Shown here: piece after piece, positions 1-8,564 of the stretch
How the letters are laid out: each line of letters opens with the position of its first letter
Numbering within the stretch: the first letter of the stretch is position 1
NCBI RefSeq assembly: GCF_000018105.1
Contig: NC_009925.1
Coordinates: 660,001 to 692,000, forward strand
From: Acaryochloris marina MBIC11017
GTDB taxonomy: Bacteria; Cyanobacteriota; Cyanobacteriia; Thermosynechococcales; Thermosynechococcaceae
Length of the DNA: 32,000 nucleotides
Reading direction: 5' to 3'
Made by a program: the position numbers and the translations under genes
Notes under the pieces: generated by a model
What the model was told of the DNA's origin: nothing
Databases searched by the model: none
Seen by the model: only the letters and a program-made list of their open reading frames with translations

Positions 1-1609
1 CAGCGACGGCAGTTTCGAGTTCATAGGCATCGGTGGGGACACCGGGTTCTAGGTCGAAGAGGTCGTAGGTGTTTTTGTCGATTTCTTCGCGAGGGGTGGC
101 AGTGAGGCCCACGAGCAGCGAGTCAAAGTGTTGGAAGATAGCTCGGTATTTTTGGTAGACGGAGCGGTGGGCTTCGTCGATGATGACGAGATCAAAGTGG
201 CCGACGCCAAATCGGGCTTTATGATCCTCTGTTTGGTCTATCAGACCCATCATGGTGGGATAGGTGCAGACGTAGACCCGGCCATCGGTATCTTTTTCGG
301 TGACGAGGTTGACGGGGCTGGAGTCGGGCAGATTTTTTTTGAAAGAACTGGCGGCTTGTTTAACGAGGGACACGCGGTCGGCGAGAAAAAGGGCGCGTTT
401 GACCCAGCCTGCCCGTTGAAGAACATCGACTAGGGCGATGGCGGTGCGGGTTTTGCCGGTGCCGGTGGCCATCACTAACAGCGCTTTGCGGCGAGCCTGG
501 GTAAACTGCTCGAAAATACTGCCAATGGCCCGCTTTTGGTAGTAGCGGTCGACAATTTCATCTTTGATCTGGGCCGTGTCTAAACTCTGACGCTGGGTAC
601 GGCGGCGGATAAGGCGGGTCAGTTCGTCTTTTTTGTAAAATCCGACGACTTGGTGAGCAGGGTAGACGGTGTCGTCCCACAGCCAGGTGGTATAGCCATT
701 GGTGTAAAAGATCAGAGGCCGCTGGTTATGCATGGCTTCTAGGCAGTCGGCGTAGAGTTTGGCCTGCTGCTGGCCAATAGCGGGGTTGACGGTGGATTTT
801 TTGGCTTCGACGACGGCGAGGGGGTTGCCATCGTCGCCCCAGAGAACGTAGTCGGCATAGCCAGTGCCGGTGTGAGTCCCTTTAGAGGTGGGCATGCCGG
901 TGACTTGGTATTCTCGATCGCGTTTTTGGTCGAGGGGCCATCCGGCGCGTTTCAGGTCGAGGTCGATGAGGTAGTGGCGGGTTTCGGCTTCAGTGTAGTC
1001 GTGGGGGTCGGGTTGCTGTTCGTTGGCGGCGCGGATTTCGGCGAGCTGCTGCTGTAGGGCTTGGAGTTCGGTGTCGAGTTTGTCGCGTTCTTGCTGCTGT
1101 TTGAGGGTGGCTTCATGCTGTTTGGCCAGTTTCTCTTCTAGCGTTGCTAATTCCTGGCGGGGGACAACCTGGGTGCTGTCTATCGGGGTGGGGACGCGGT
1201 CGTCATTCCAAGCTGCACCATTGCGGGGTGCGTCGGGGGTGTAGGTGCGGGTGAGCCAGTAACAAATGTGGTGGAGTTCTTTGACGGCTTGGAGGGCGTC
1301 TTTTTGGTGAATGGGGCGGGGGTTATGGACGGCGTCGTTGCCGATATTTTTGATCAGCTTAGCTTTATGAAAAAGGACCTGGGGGACGAGGTTTTGAAAG
1401 GATGGCTCGTGAAGGAGGGCGCTGAGTTTGTTGTCGTAGGGCATGTGCAGCGATCGCTCATGGCGATAGAGCCAGTGAACGAGGGCTTCGAGGGCGAAGC
1501 GGGAATGGAAGCAGGCGGTGCGCGGGTCGCTGTTGATGTAGCCTTCGGCTCGGGTGGCGGATTCGGCGATGGTGCGGAATTGGCTGGGGAGGAAGGCGAA
1601 GTTAGTCAT
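1..1609 (-). CDS. hsdR: Type I restriction enzyme R subunit (HsdR), N-terminal ~536 codons; the gene continues past the left edge
   Basis: The minus-strand frame is open from ATG (1609-1607) to the window edge, so it is missing from the ORF track, which lists only closed ORFs. My translation begins MTNFAFLPSQFRTIAESATRAEGYINSDPRTACFHSRFALEALVHWLY...NIGNDAVH, a DUF4145-type HsdR N-terminus. Walker A VMATGTGKTRTAIAL is encoded at about 441-473. The DEAH box GHFDLVIIDEAHRS is at about 160-200 and is in frame with the start. The plus-strand ORFs here are antisense artefacts. Confidence 0.9.
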   Translation of the reverse strand, partial: MTNFAFLPSQFRTIAESATRAEGYINSDPRTACFHSRFALEALVHWLYRHERSLHMPYDNKLSALLHEPSFQNLVPQVLFHKAKLIKNIGNDAVHNPRPIHQKDALQAVKELHHICYWLTRTYTPDAPRNGAAWNDDRVPTPIDSTQVVPRQELATLEEKLAKQHEATLKQQQERDKLDTELQALQQQLAEIRAANEQQPDPHDYTEAETRHYLIDLDLKRAGWPLDQKRDREYQVTGMPTSKGTHTGTGYADYVLWGDDGNPLAVVEAKKSTVNPAIGQQQAKLYADCLEAMHNQRPLIFYTNGYTTWLWDDTVYPAHQVVGFYKKDELTRLIRRRTQRQSLDTAQIKDEIVDRYYQKRAIGSIFEQFTQARRKALLVMATGTGKTRTAIALVDVLQRAGWVKRALFLADRVSLVKQAASSFKKNLPDSSPVNLVTEKDTDGRVYVCTYPTMMGLIDQTEDHKARFGVGHFDLVIIDEAHRSVYQKYRAIFQHFDSLLVGLTATPREEIDKNTYDLFDLEPGVPTDAYELETAVA

Positions 1610-1707
1610 GCAGTCAGACAAACAATAATTTTGGGTTTGCGGAGTAAAAAATAGGCGATTTTTTGATTGAAAAGATTATGGTAGAGATATCAGCAAATCT
1701 GTTGTGT

Positions 1708-2181
1708 ATGCGTGAAACTGTCTATATTGAGACCAGTATATTAGGCTATCTCACGGCTCGGCGGAGCAGGGATATTATTGTGATGGCTAATATTGAAATC
1801 ACGCGAGAGTGGTGGGATGCCCGTCGTCCTGACTTTCAACTTTATTCTTCCCAAGCCGTTGTGCAAGAGACCACCCAGGGAGATGCTGAAATTGCAGCTC
1901 AACGATTAGACATTTTGAGTGATATTTCTCTGCTGGACTTGGACCAAGCTGTCCTTGAGTTGGCGACGGCATTTTTGGAGCGTAGCAACTTGCCTGCTAA
2001 AGCAAATGTTGATGCTATTCATATTGCGGTGGCAACGGTTCATGGTATGGATTACGTGCTGACCTGGAACTGTAAACACATTGCTAATGCTCAGATTCAG
2101 CGGAAACTAGCGGAGGTTAGTCTGGCTTTAGGATATGCATTGCCGATTCTTTGTACACCCTATGAACTCCTGGGAGGTTAA
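1708..2181 (+). CDS. PIN-like (VapC-type fold) protein, divergently transcribed from hsdR
   Basis: This is track ORF 1663..2181. I prefer the ATG at 1708 (MRETVYIETSILGYL...), which places the first acidic PIN position a few residues from the N-terminus. PIN-like landmarks are IETS, EITREWW, VDAIHIAVATVHG and VLTWNCKHIAN. The first position is E rather than D, and the last is N rather than D. Confidence 0.65.
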   Translation: MRETVYIETSILGYLTARRSRDIIVMANIEITREWWDARRPDFQLYSSQAVVQETTQGDAEIAAQRLDILSDISLLDLDQAVLELATAFLERSNLPAKANVDAIHIAVATVHGMDYVLTWNCKHIANAQIQRKLAEVSLALGYALPILCTPYELLGG

Positions 2182-2345
2182 TGATGTATCAAGATGAGAT
2201 TGTGGAAGAGGTTCACAAGATTCGTGAACAGTATGCCTGTGCTTGGAACAATGATTTAAATGCTATTTTTGCTGATTTGCAAAGGCAACAAGCTGAAGGT
2301 GGAAGGAGCGTCGTCAATTTGTCGCAACGTTCCGGTTCGGGATAG
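2181..2345 (+). CDS. Unannotated 54-aa ORF coupled to the PIN-like gene; possible cognate partner or antitoxin
   Basis: It is below the 60-aa cutoff of the track. Its ATG (2181-2183) overlaps the PIN stop TAA (2179-2181) as TAATG. My translation is MMYQDEIVEEVHKIREQYACAWNNDLNAIFADLQRQQAEGGRSVVNLSQRSGSG, ending at TAG 2343-2345. It is small, charged and helical-looking. Confidence 0.45.
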   Translation: MMYQDEIVEEVHKIREQYACAWNNDLNAIFADLQRQQAEGGRSVVNLSQRSGSG

Positions 2346-2401
2346 CTATTTAAACTAGATATCAAGGATAAAAGCGGTAGCCAAACTTAATGGGTTACGG
2401 C

Positions 2402-2445
2402 TTTTTAAGGTGTTGGATTAGCGAATGGTGATGAAGCTAGGGAAA
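2402..2445. repeat. 44-bp direct repeat, copy 1, abutting the left IR of the IS
   Basis: TTTTTAAGGTGTTGGATTAGCGAATGGTGATGAAGCTAGGGAAA is identical to 3934-3977. Confidence 0.95.
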
Positions 2446-3933
2446 CTTGAGTTTGGACTAAAGCAAACGAGAAAAGCAGTCAATGAAGTACACCGACTGC
2501 TTTAAGGTCAATGAATCATCACACTCATTGCCCTTATGATTTTCGACCATCTGCGTCAATTCCGCCAAACTCTGTATAGCTGCTTTGGCGCCAGTAAAGA
2601 CGCGTTATTTGAGCTAATGGATGCGGTATTGATGAGTCCGAGCCTGCGTTCATTTGTGTGTTTGTCTCAACATCCTATCTTCCGTCGTCAATGGTCGAGT
2701 ACCTATTCAGCCCTGCATGATGGTCGTATCCATCGTGCCAAACTTCACCGATATTTAGTTCGACAAGTTTCCACTCAAGACCAGCCGCTCTTCGTGGGAG
2801 ATAGTAGTCCTTGGCTGCGTCCCGAGGCCAAGACCCTCAAAGACAGAGGTTTTCATCATCAAGGGGGACATACTGTCGGGGTAGGCCAAAGTTATAGCAC
2901 CCTTTCTTGGGTCCCAGACGAAAGTCAGCATTGGGCACTGCCCCTACGCCATGAACGAATCACGAGCTTTGAGACCGCTTTGACCAAAGCCACGTTTCAA
3001 TTAAAGCAAGTCTGTCGTCATTTGCCGGTGCGTCCTCTAGCCGCGTTTGACCGTCACTACGGTAATGGCATCTTTCTCAATCACACTGCAGGGATTGAAG
3101 TCGACCTGTTATTGCGCTTAGCATCCAATCGCTGTGTCTATGGTATTCCCCTCGCCTATTCAGGACGAGGGGCTCCTCGTAAGCATGGACATAAGTTCAA
3201 ATTGAATGCCCCTAATACATATCCAGAAGCCAGCGAAATATTGGAGATAGAAGACACCCAACTTGGACAGGTCAGAGTAACTCGCTGGAGCCAATTCCAT
3301 TTCCGTAATTCGGCCAAACGAGAAATGGAAATTTTGCGCGTTGAGATCATCCAACCGAAAGGTAAACGACGAAAGTTTAAGCCGCTTTGGCTGGCCTGGA
3401 CTGGAGAATGCATGCCAAGTCTGGAGCGATTATGGCGAAGATATCTGCAGCGCTTTAGCATTGAGCATTGGTATCGATTTGCCAAACAACGGCTCTATTG
3501 GACGACCCCTCAACTCACGTCCAATGAAGCGACAGAGCGATGGAGTACTTTGATTGGGATGATATCTTGGCAATTGTGGTTTGCTCGGTCAGACTGTATG
3601 GATACGCCTTTACCCTGGCAGTCTCCTCAACAAGTTCTATCACCAGGACGCGTCGCTCAAGCATTCCCAAGTATTATTGCGGCGATTGGAACACCTACTC
3701 AAGCACCAAAAACTCGCGGTAAATCACCCGGACGCAAGCAAGGCCAATCTCAACCACCAAGAACTCGATATCCAACGGTCAAAAAACGAGTCTCCAAACG
3801 CAGGAAAGCAAAGATTGTCTCAAAAACCGCTGCTTAACTGCTGAGTTAATACCAGAAAAACTTATGCTCAGGCTTTCAAGGGCCATGGGATATTTTACTC
3901 TGTCTGGAGATTTAAACTTAGTCCAAACTCAAG
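2446..3933 (+). mobile_element. Insertion sequence (1,488 bp) with 16-bp perfect terminal inverted repeats
   Basis: The left IR is CTTGAGTTTGGACTAA (2446-2461). The right IR is TTAGTCCAAACTCAAG (3918-3933), its exact reverse complement. A single transposase ORF lies inside. Confidence 0.9.
2536..3837 (+). CDS. DDE transposase, IS4/IS701-superfamily-like (exact family not resolved)
   Basis: 433-aa ORF. Candidate DDE residues lie in LFVGDSSPW, LAAFDRHYGN and FSIEHWYRFAKQRLYW (an E followed by a K/R signature). The C-terminal tail is basic. The ORF is bounded by the IRs. Confidence 0.8.
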   Translation: MIFDHLRQFRQTLYSCFGASKDALFELMDAVLMSPSLRSFVCLSQHPIFRRQWSSTYSALHDGRIHRAKLHRYLVRQVSTQDQPLFVGDSSPWLRPEAKTLKDRGFHHQGGHTVGVGQSYSTLSWVPDESQHWALPLRHERITSFETALTKATFQLKQVCRHLPVRPLAAFDRHYGNGIFLNHTAGIEVDLLLRLASNRCVYGIPLAYSGRGAPRKHGHKFKLNAPNTYPEASEILEIEDTQLGQVRVTRWSQFHFRNSAKREMEILRVEIIQPKGKRRKFKPLWLAWTGECMPSLERLWRRYLQRFSIEHWYRFAKQRLYWTTPQLTSNEATERWSTLIGMISWQLWFARSDCMDTPLPWQSPQQVLSPGRVAQAFPSIIAAIGTPTQAPKTRGKSPGRKQGQSQPPRTRYPTVKKRVSKRRKAKIVSKTAA

Positions 3934-3977
3934 TTTTTAAGGTGTTGGATTAGCGAATGGTGATGAAGCTAGGGAAA
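3934..3977. repeat. 44-bp direct repeat, copy 2, abutting the right IR of the IS
   Basis: Identical to 2402-2445. Confidence 0.95.
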
Positions 3978-4000
3978 AGTATGAGTACCTTACAAGAGCT

Positions 4001-4228
4001 TCACGGTGTATATTCCTCGAAGCCTTCTATGGGGTCACCGAAATTGTCTGCAATTTTGATCAGGCCCTTGGCGCTGCCAAATGTGGGAATGGCAGTCTTT
4101 GGTTTGAATGGAATGAGCTGAAAGGATGTGCCATCATCGCGGGTGATGATGACATTTTTGCCCCGTGCGGCATCGTCTATTAGCTTGGCTAGTTGATGTT
4201 CGGCTTTTTGCAGGTTGATTGAGTACAT
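4001..4228 (-). CDS. Phd/YefM-family antitoxin with no co-oriented toxin gene downstream
   Basis: 75 aa: MYSINLQKAEHQLAKLIDDAARGKNVIITRDDGTSFQLIPFKP...GSAKGLIKIADNFGDPIEGFEEY. The N-terminal Phd/YefM fold pattern plus a C-terminal G..G.I.I.D.F..P...F..Y tail is typical of antitoxins that normally precede a VapC. It starts 57 bp downstream of hsdS on the same strand. Confidence 0.8.
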   Translation of the reverse strand: MYSINLQKAEHQLAKLIDDAARGKNVIITRDDGTSFQLIPFKPKTAIPTFGSAKGLIKIADNFGDPIEGFEEYTP

Positions 4229-4285
4229 CTGTCATTTCTTTGCTAAGCCTTCGTATATGACTATAGCTTCTGCTCAATGAGGGAT

Positions 4286-5434
4286 TTATAGTTCTCCGTT
4301 GAAGGCGCGGGATTGGAGAGAGGCAAAGAGGGTGTCAAGTTCGGCGAGGTGGGCACATTGTTGCGCTTTTTGCTTTTCGATTGATGCAACGATAGTGGCA
4401 AACTTACGCTGCTTATCGAGAGGAGGAAGCAATATCTTGAGCTTTCGTATATCAGTCAGGTGAAGATGCTTAATAGAAATACCTTTGTTCCTGCTCAATA
4501 AATGCATTTGCATTCTAGGACTCTCAAGCATAGCTGTAAGAAATTGTGCCTCGATCTTCTGACGATTATGCTTGATAAGACATAAGCTTTCGAACAAACT
4601 AAACTCATGGTCTCGGTCAATAATTGCCACAGATCCTAGAGAACCACTCTTTGCTAGCAAAACATCGCCTATCTCGGGATGACATCTAGTGATTAAGCTT
4701 TTATGCTCATCCTCACTAATGAATTTTCCTGTATTCCATTTAATTGAACCATTTTTAATATCTTTGGCTGAGAGAAATTCGATACCTGATTCAGTATATT
4801 TAGGCGTTTTATGTGTGCCATCTGTAATTTTCTCGGAAACTGCCTCTAAGTCGCTGGCATCCCAGCCCATTGGATTGGTGATGGGGTCGCCGAAGAGGGT
4901 GAGGAAGGTGGATTGGAGGAGGGCGTCGAGAGTTGAGATCGCATCTCGTCTCTTAACCCGCAAAGCATCCGCCGCATCCAGAATCCCCGCAATCCGTTTT
5001 TGTTCTGCGATCGGTGGAAGATGAAGAGAAAGGTTCTCCAAGACTCCCTTCGTTACGCCTTTGATTGTCGCGCCTCGAGATTGACCTTTTAAATAAGTTT
5101 CTCTTGATCGAAGAAAATGAGTCAGATAGTAAATATCTAACTTTTCTAAATCTGGCCACAGTGATGTGATGTCTTGGCTATAACAAAGCTCCATCCCTGA
5201 AACAGCAACTTTTCCTACGCTAGTTCGAGTGACTAAGAGTACTGTATTTGGTGGAACACGCTTCGTTGCTGAGTTTAGAATTGCTTCTTCAGTGATATAG
5301 CTTCTAGCTGAGTTAACGATAGGCCCATTGATGTCTGCACCTGTGATCCAAGGAATTTCCCCTTCAAAGTATTCCGGCTTCTTCTTACTTGGTGTTCCAC
5401 CATTTAAAAACCTACAAACCTCCTTAAGCTTCAT
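4286..5434 (-). CDS. hsdS: Type I R-M specificity subunit (HsdS)
   Basis: 382 aa with two target-recognition halves, each followed by a conserved helix. The first is LPPIAEQKRIAGILDAADALRVKRRDAISTLDALLQSTF and the second LPPLDKQRKFATIVASIEKQKAQQCAHLAELDTLFASLQSRAF. Its start overlaps the hsdM stop by 4 nt. Confidence 0.92.
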   Translation of the reverse strand: MKLKEVCRFLNGGTPSKKKPEYFEGEIPWITGADINGPIVNSARSYITEEAILNSATKRVPPNTVLLVTRTSVGKVAVSGMELCYSQDITSLWPDLEKLDIYYLTHFLRSRETYLKGQSRGATIKGVTKGVLENLSLHLPPIAEQKRIAGILDAADALRVKRRDAISTLDALLQSTFLTLFGDPITNPMGWDASDLEAVSEKITDGTHKTPKYTESGIEFLSAKDIKNGSIKWNTGKFISEDEHKSLITRCHPEIGDVLLAKSGSLGSVAIIDRDHEFSLFESLCLIKHNRQKIEAQFLTAMLESPRMQMHLLSRNKGISIKHLHLTDIRKLKILLPPLDKQRKFATIVASIEKQKAQQCAHLAELDTLFASLQSRAFNGEL

Positions 5435-6578
5435 CCCAACAACTTCTCCAATGCCTGCTGCCCCTCAGCAATCTCCTTCTCCAACTTCGCCAATCGCTTC
5501 AAAATCACCCCTGGCGGGTCATACTCCACCGCCTCATAAACCACCTCCTTATACCGATTAATCGACAAATCATAATCATTCTCCACAATCTCTTCCCTCG
5601 GCACCAAAAAGCTCTGCTCCGTCCGCTTCCGCTCAGCCTCCGCCTCCCGAGCCTGCCACCGCGTCAAAATATCCGGCAAATCACTCTTATCCGGCTGCTC
5701 CGTCCGCTTATCATCCAAGCTAAACCCATCTGTCTGCATGTCATAAAACCACACCTGATCCGTCCCACCAGAATTGGTCTTCGTAAACAACACAATCGCC
5801 GTCGACACCCCCGCATAGGGCTTAAACACCCCCGACGGCATCGAAATAATCCCATCCAGCTTCTGATCTTCCACCAACATCTTCCGCAGCGCTTTGTGGG
5901 CTTTTGACGAACCAAACAACACCCCATCCGGCACAATCACCGCCGCTCGTCCCCCCGTCTGCAACACCCGCAAAAACAACGTCAAAAACAACAGCTCTGT
6001 TTTCTTGGTCTTCACCACCTTCAACAGATCCTTCGCCGTCGTCTCATAGTCCAAACTCCCCGCAAACGGAGGATTCGCCAGAATCAACGAATAGGCTTCC
6101 TCATCATCACCCGCCGCTGCATCCGCCTCAGCCAACGAATCCTTATAGCGAATATCTGGCTTCTCTACCCCGTGCAGCAGCATATTCATACTGCCAATCC
6201 GCAGCATCGTCGAATCAAAGTCGTACCCGGAAAACGTCTCCTCATTAAACCGTCGCCGAGACTCCGCATCCTTATAAATCACATCACTGTGGTGATCCAT
6301 CAAATATTCCGATGCCGCAATCAAAAAGCCCGCCGTCCCACAGGCCGGATCACAAATCACATCCTTCGGCGTTGGAGCCGTCAACTCCACCATTAGCTTA
6401 ATAATGTGGCGCGGTGTCCGAAACTGCCCATTCTGCCCCGCACTAGCAATCTTGCCCAGCATATACTCATATAGATCGCCCTTCGTATCGCGATCCGCCA
6501 TTTCAATAGCGTCCAGCTGATCCACCACATTCGCCAACACCCGCGCCGTCGGCATCATAAACAGCGCATCCTTCATAT
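5431..6578 (-). pseudogene. hsdM: hsdM, C-terminal 381 codons (methyltransferase domain), separated from its N-terminus by an IS
   Basis: Contains QFRTPRHII, DPACGTAGFL (AdoMet motif I) and NPPFAG (the N6-adenine MTase catalytic motif). The apparent ATG at 6576-6574 is an internal Met of the ancestral gene. Confidence 0.92.
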
Positions 6579-7970
6579 CCCTCTTTTATCACTTTAGACA
6601 GATAAAAAATAGACTATTCTCAGTTTCTATTTTTCTAATGAGTGATGTCAGCTTCAAGAAGTCCAGAACCAACCATTGGCTTTGTTGATGAGTACTGCCA
6701 ACTATTTGCAGAGTTATTTCCCCAAGTCCGCAGTTATGAAGCCTTCAAGCATCTCCATCTGGGGATGATTAGTGATATCAAACGTAAATCATTGCCCGCC
6801 ATTGCAAGAGCAGTGGGCTTGGAGAACCATCAAAGCCTGCATCATTTTCTGAGTGAATCACCTTGGGTAGCGTCACATTTGTCTGACAAGAGATTGGACA
6901 TCATCTTGAAAATACTGGATGGGCGCAGGTTAATTCTATTGATCGATGAGACGGGCGATTGCAAAAAAGGCAAGAGTACCGACTATGTGAAACGGCAGTA
7001 TATCGGCAATGTGGGCAAGAAAGAGAATGGCATCGTCGCAGTCACTGCCTACGGGCTGTTTCAAGGGATGATTTTGCCTTTGTCCTTTGAAGTGTACAAA
7101 CCCCGAGAACGTCTTAAAGAGGAGGATGAGTATCTCAGCAAACCCCAAATTGCTGCTGGAATGATCCGACAGTTGCAAGGGATGGGCTTTTGCTTTGAGC
7201 TCGTCCTGGCTGACAGCTTGTATGGGGAAGCTCAAACAAACTTTGTGAATGTCTTAGAGGAGTTAAAGCTGCCCTATATCCTAGCGATTCGTAGCAATCA
7301 TGCGGTGTGGTTACCCGCAGAACAAGCAGTCTTTGCCGAACCGTGGCAGTCATTTGAACGAACCTTCAGCAATGGCACCACTGAAACTCGTTACAGGCAA
7401 GAGATCATTTATGGCCAGCGACACCACCAGAAGCGCTATTGGCTATTAACCACGGACCCCCAAACGCTACCAGAGAACTCAACCTCTTATGTCATGGCAG
7501 CGGCACCCGAGATCAAGCTGGATGAAATTGGGGATTGCTATGGCTTCAGAACTTGGATTGAGTATGGTCTCAAACAGTCTAAAGATACCTTGGGTTGGGC
7601 TGATTTTCGCATGACGCACTACGAACAAATTGAAAAGTGGTGGGAGATAGTGATGAGCGCTTTCTTGATGGTGAGTTTGTTCGCTGATGTCTTCAATGAC
7701 TCTTGTCCAGTGGCACATCAACACTTTGCGCAGCATCCTTGGTGGGATAACCAAAACGGGTGGAAGAATCTGCTCAATAATGTGCGCTTGATCATTCAAC
7801 CGTTAATCAGTTGGAATCTTCTAAAGCGCTGGTTAGAAGTCTTTCCCAGCCGTGCTTTGAAAAAGGGGTTTGAGCAACTCACATCAAAGATGGAGGCATT
7901 TTGCTGTCCACTGGTGAGGAAATTGCTCAAGCATCCTGATTTTCTCTCTGTCTAAAGTGATAAAAGAGGG
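6579..7970 (+). mobile_element. IS701-family insertion sequence (1,392 bp) inside hsdM
   Basis: 23-bp perfect IRs: CCCTCTTTTATCACTTTAGACAG (6579-6601) and its reverse complement (7948-7970). It is flanked by ATAT at 6575-6578 and 7971-7974. The flanks are locally palindromic (CATATG), so the ends could be drawn 1-2 nt differently. Confidence 0.9.
6642..7955 (+). CDS. IS701-family DDE transposase
   Basis: 437 aa. The N-terminal region reads ...YEAFKHLHLGMISDIKRKSLPAIARAVG...SLHHFLSESPW. It also carries LLIDETGDCKKGKSTDYVKRQYIG and LADSLYG, hallmarks of IS701-type transposases as I recall them. Confidence 0.88.
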   Translation: MMSASRSPEPTIGFVDEYCQLFAELFPQVRSYEAFKHLHLGMISDIKRKSLPAIARAVGLENHQSLHHFLSESPWVASHLSDKRLDIILKILDGRRLILLIDETGDCKKGKSTDYVKRQYIGNVGKKENGIVAVTAYGLFQGMILPLSFEVYKPRERLKEEDEYLSKPQIAAGMIRQLQGMGFCFELVLADSLYGEAQTNFVNVLEELKLPYILAIRSNHAVWLPAEQAVFAEPWQSFERTFSNGTTETRYRQEIIYGQRHHQKRYWLLTTDPQTLPENSTSYVMAAAPEIKLDEIGDCYGFRTWIEYGLKQSKDTLGWADFRMTHYEQIEKWWEIVMSAFLMVSLFADVFNDSCPVAHQHFAQHPWWDNQNGWKNLLNNVRLIIQPLISWNLLKRWLEVFPSRALKKGFEQLTSKMEAFCCPLVRKLLKHPDFLSV

Positions 7971-8323
7971 ATATGGTGGCTGTAGGTAGAATCCTCCTCA
8001 CCATTCTCGCCGCTGTCAGTCTGGCCTAGGGTTTTAATAAACGGAAACACCTCATCTCGCAAGGTCTCAAACATCTGCTCCGGGGCCGTTTCCTTAAACC
8101 GTGACCAGCGTAGATGATCCTGCTCAGGGGCAAAAATCGGCTCCTCAATCGGCTTCCCTGACCGATTTGCTTTACTCTCCTTGCGGGTATGCTGCTCATC
8201 CAACTGCTTGATAAACAGCAAATAAGTCAACTGCTCAATCACCGACAGCGGGTTAGAAATCCCTCCCGACCACATCGTGTCCCAGATTTTGTCAACTTTG
8301 GATTTAATCTCGCCAGTAATCAT
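7971..8323 (-). pseudogene. hsdM: hsdM, N-terminal 117 native codons (HsdM_N domain)
   Basis: MITGEIKSKVDKIWDTMWSGGISNPLSVIEQLTYLLFIKQLDE... up to ...STYSHH. The last 6 residues of track ORF 7952..8323 (IPLLSL) are read from the IS end. Confidence 0.9.
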
Positions 8324-8564
8324 ATATATTTCTGAATTCTTCCTGATGGAGCTGATTCAATGTCCCGACACTGAATTCTGAGACTTCAATCATCTCAGTA
8401 ATTCAGCATAAGAGTCTCCCCAAGATTCATCAAATCTGGTGAGTAGAACTTAGAAATCCCCAAACGGGCGAAGCATCGTTCAAACAATACTGATGTCCCC
8501 AAGCCTTGAGCCCGGTTTGCAATGAACTCTGATTTTAAGATTCCATTTTTTAATTGCATTGAAA

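Noticed and set aside
128-1654. Four plus-strand ORFs (128..433, 872..1057, 1023..1244, 1268..1654) listed in the track
   Set aside because: They lie antisense to a continuous minus-strand frame carrying unmistakable HsdR motifs (Walker A, DEAH). Their translations are low-complexity, so they are compositional artefacts.
5328-6396. Pro/Ser-rich plus-strand ORFs (5328..5561, 5904..6248, 6172..6396) and the minus-strand ORF 5664..5936 inside hsdM
   Set aside because: They are a by-product of the strong strand compositional bias of hsdM (C-rich on the plus strand). They have no motifs, and they overlap a well-supported methyltransferase frame.
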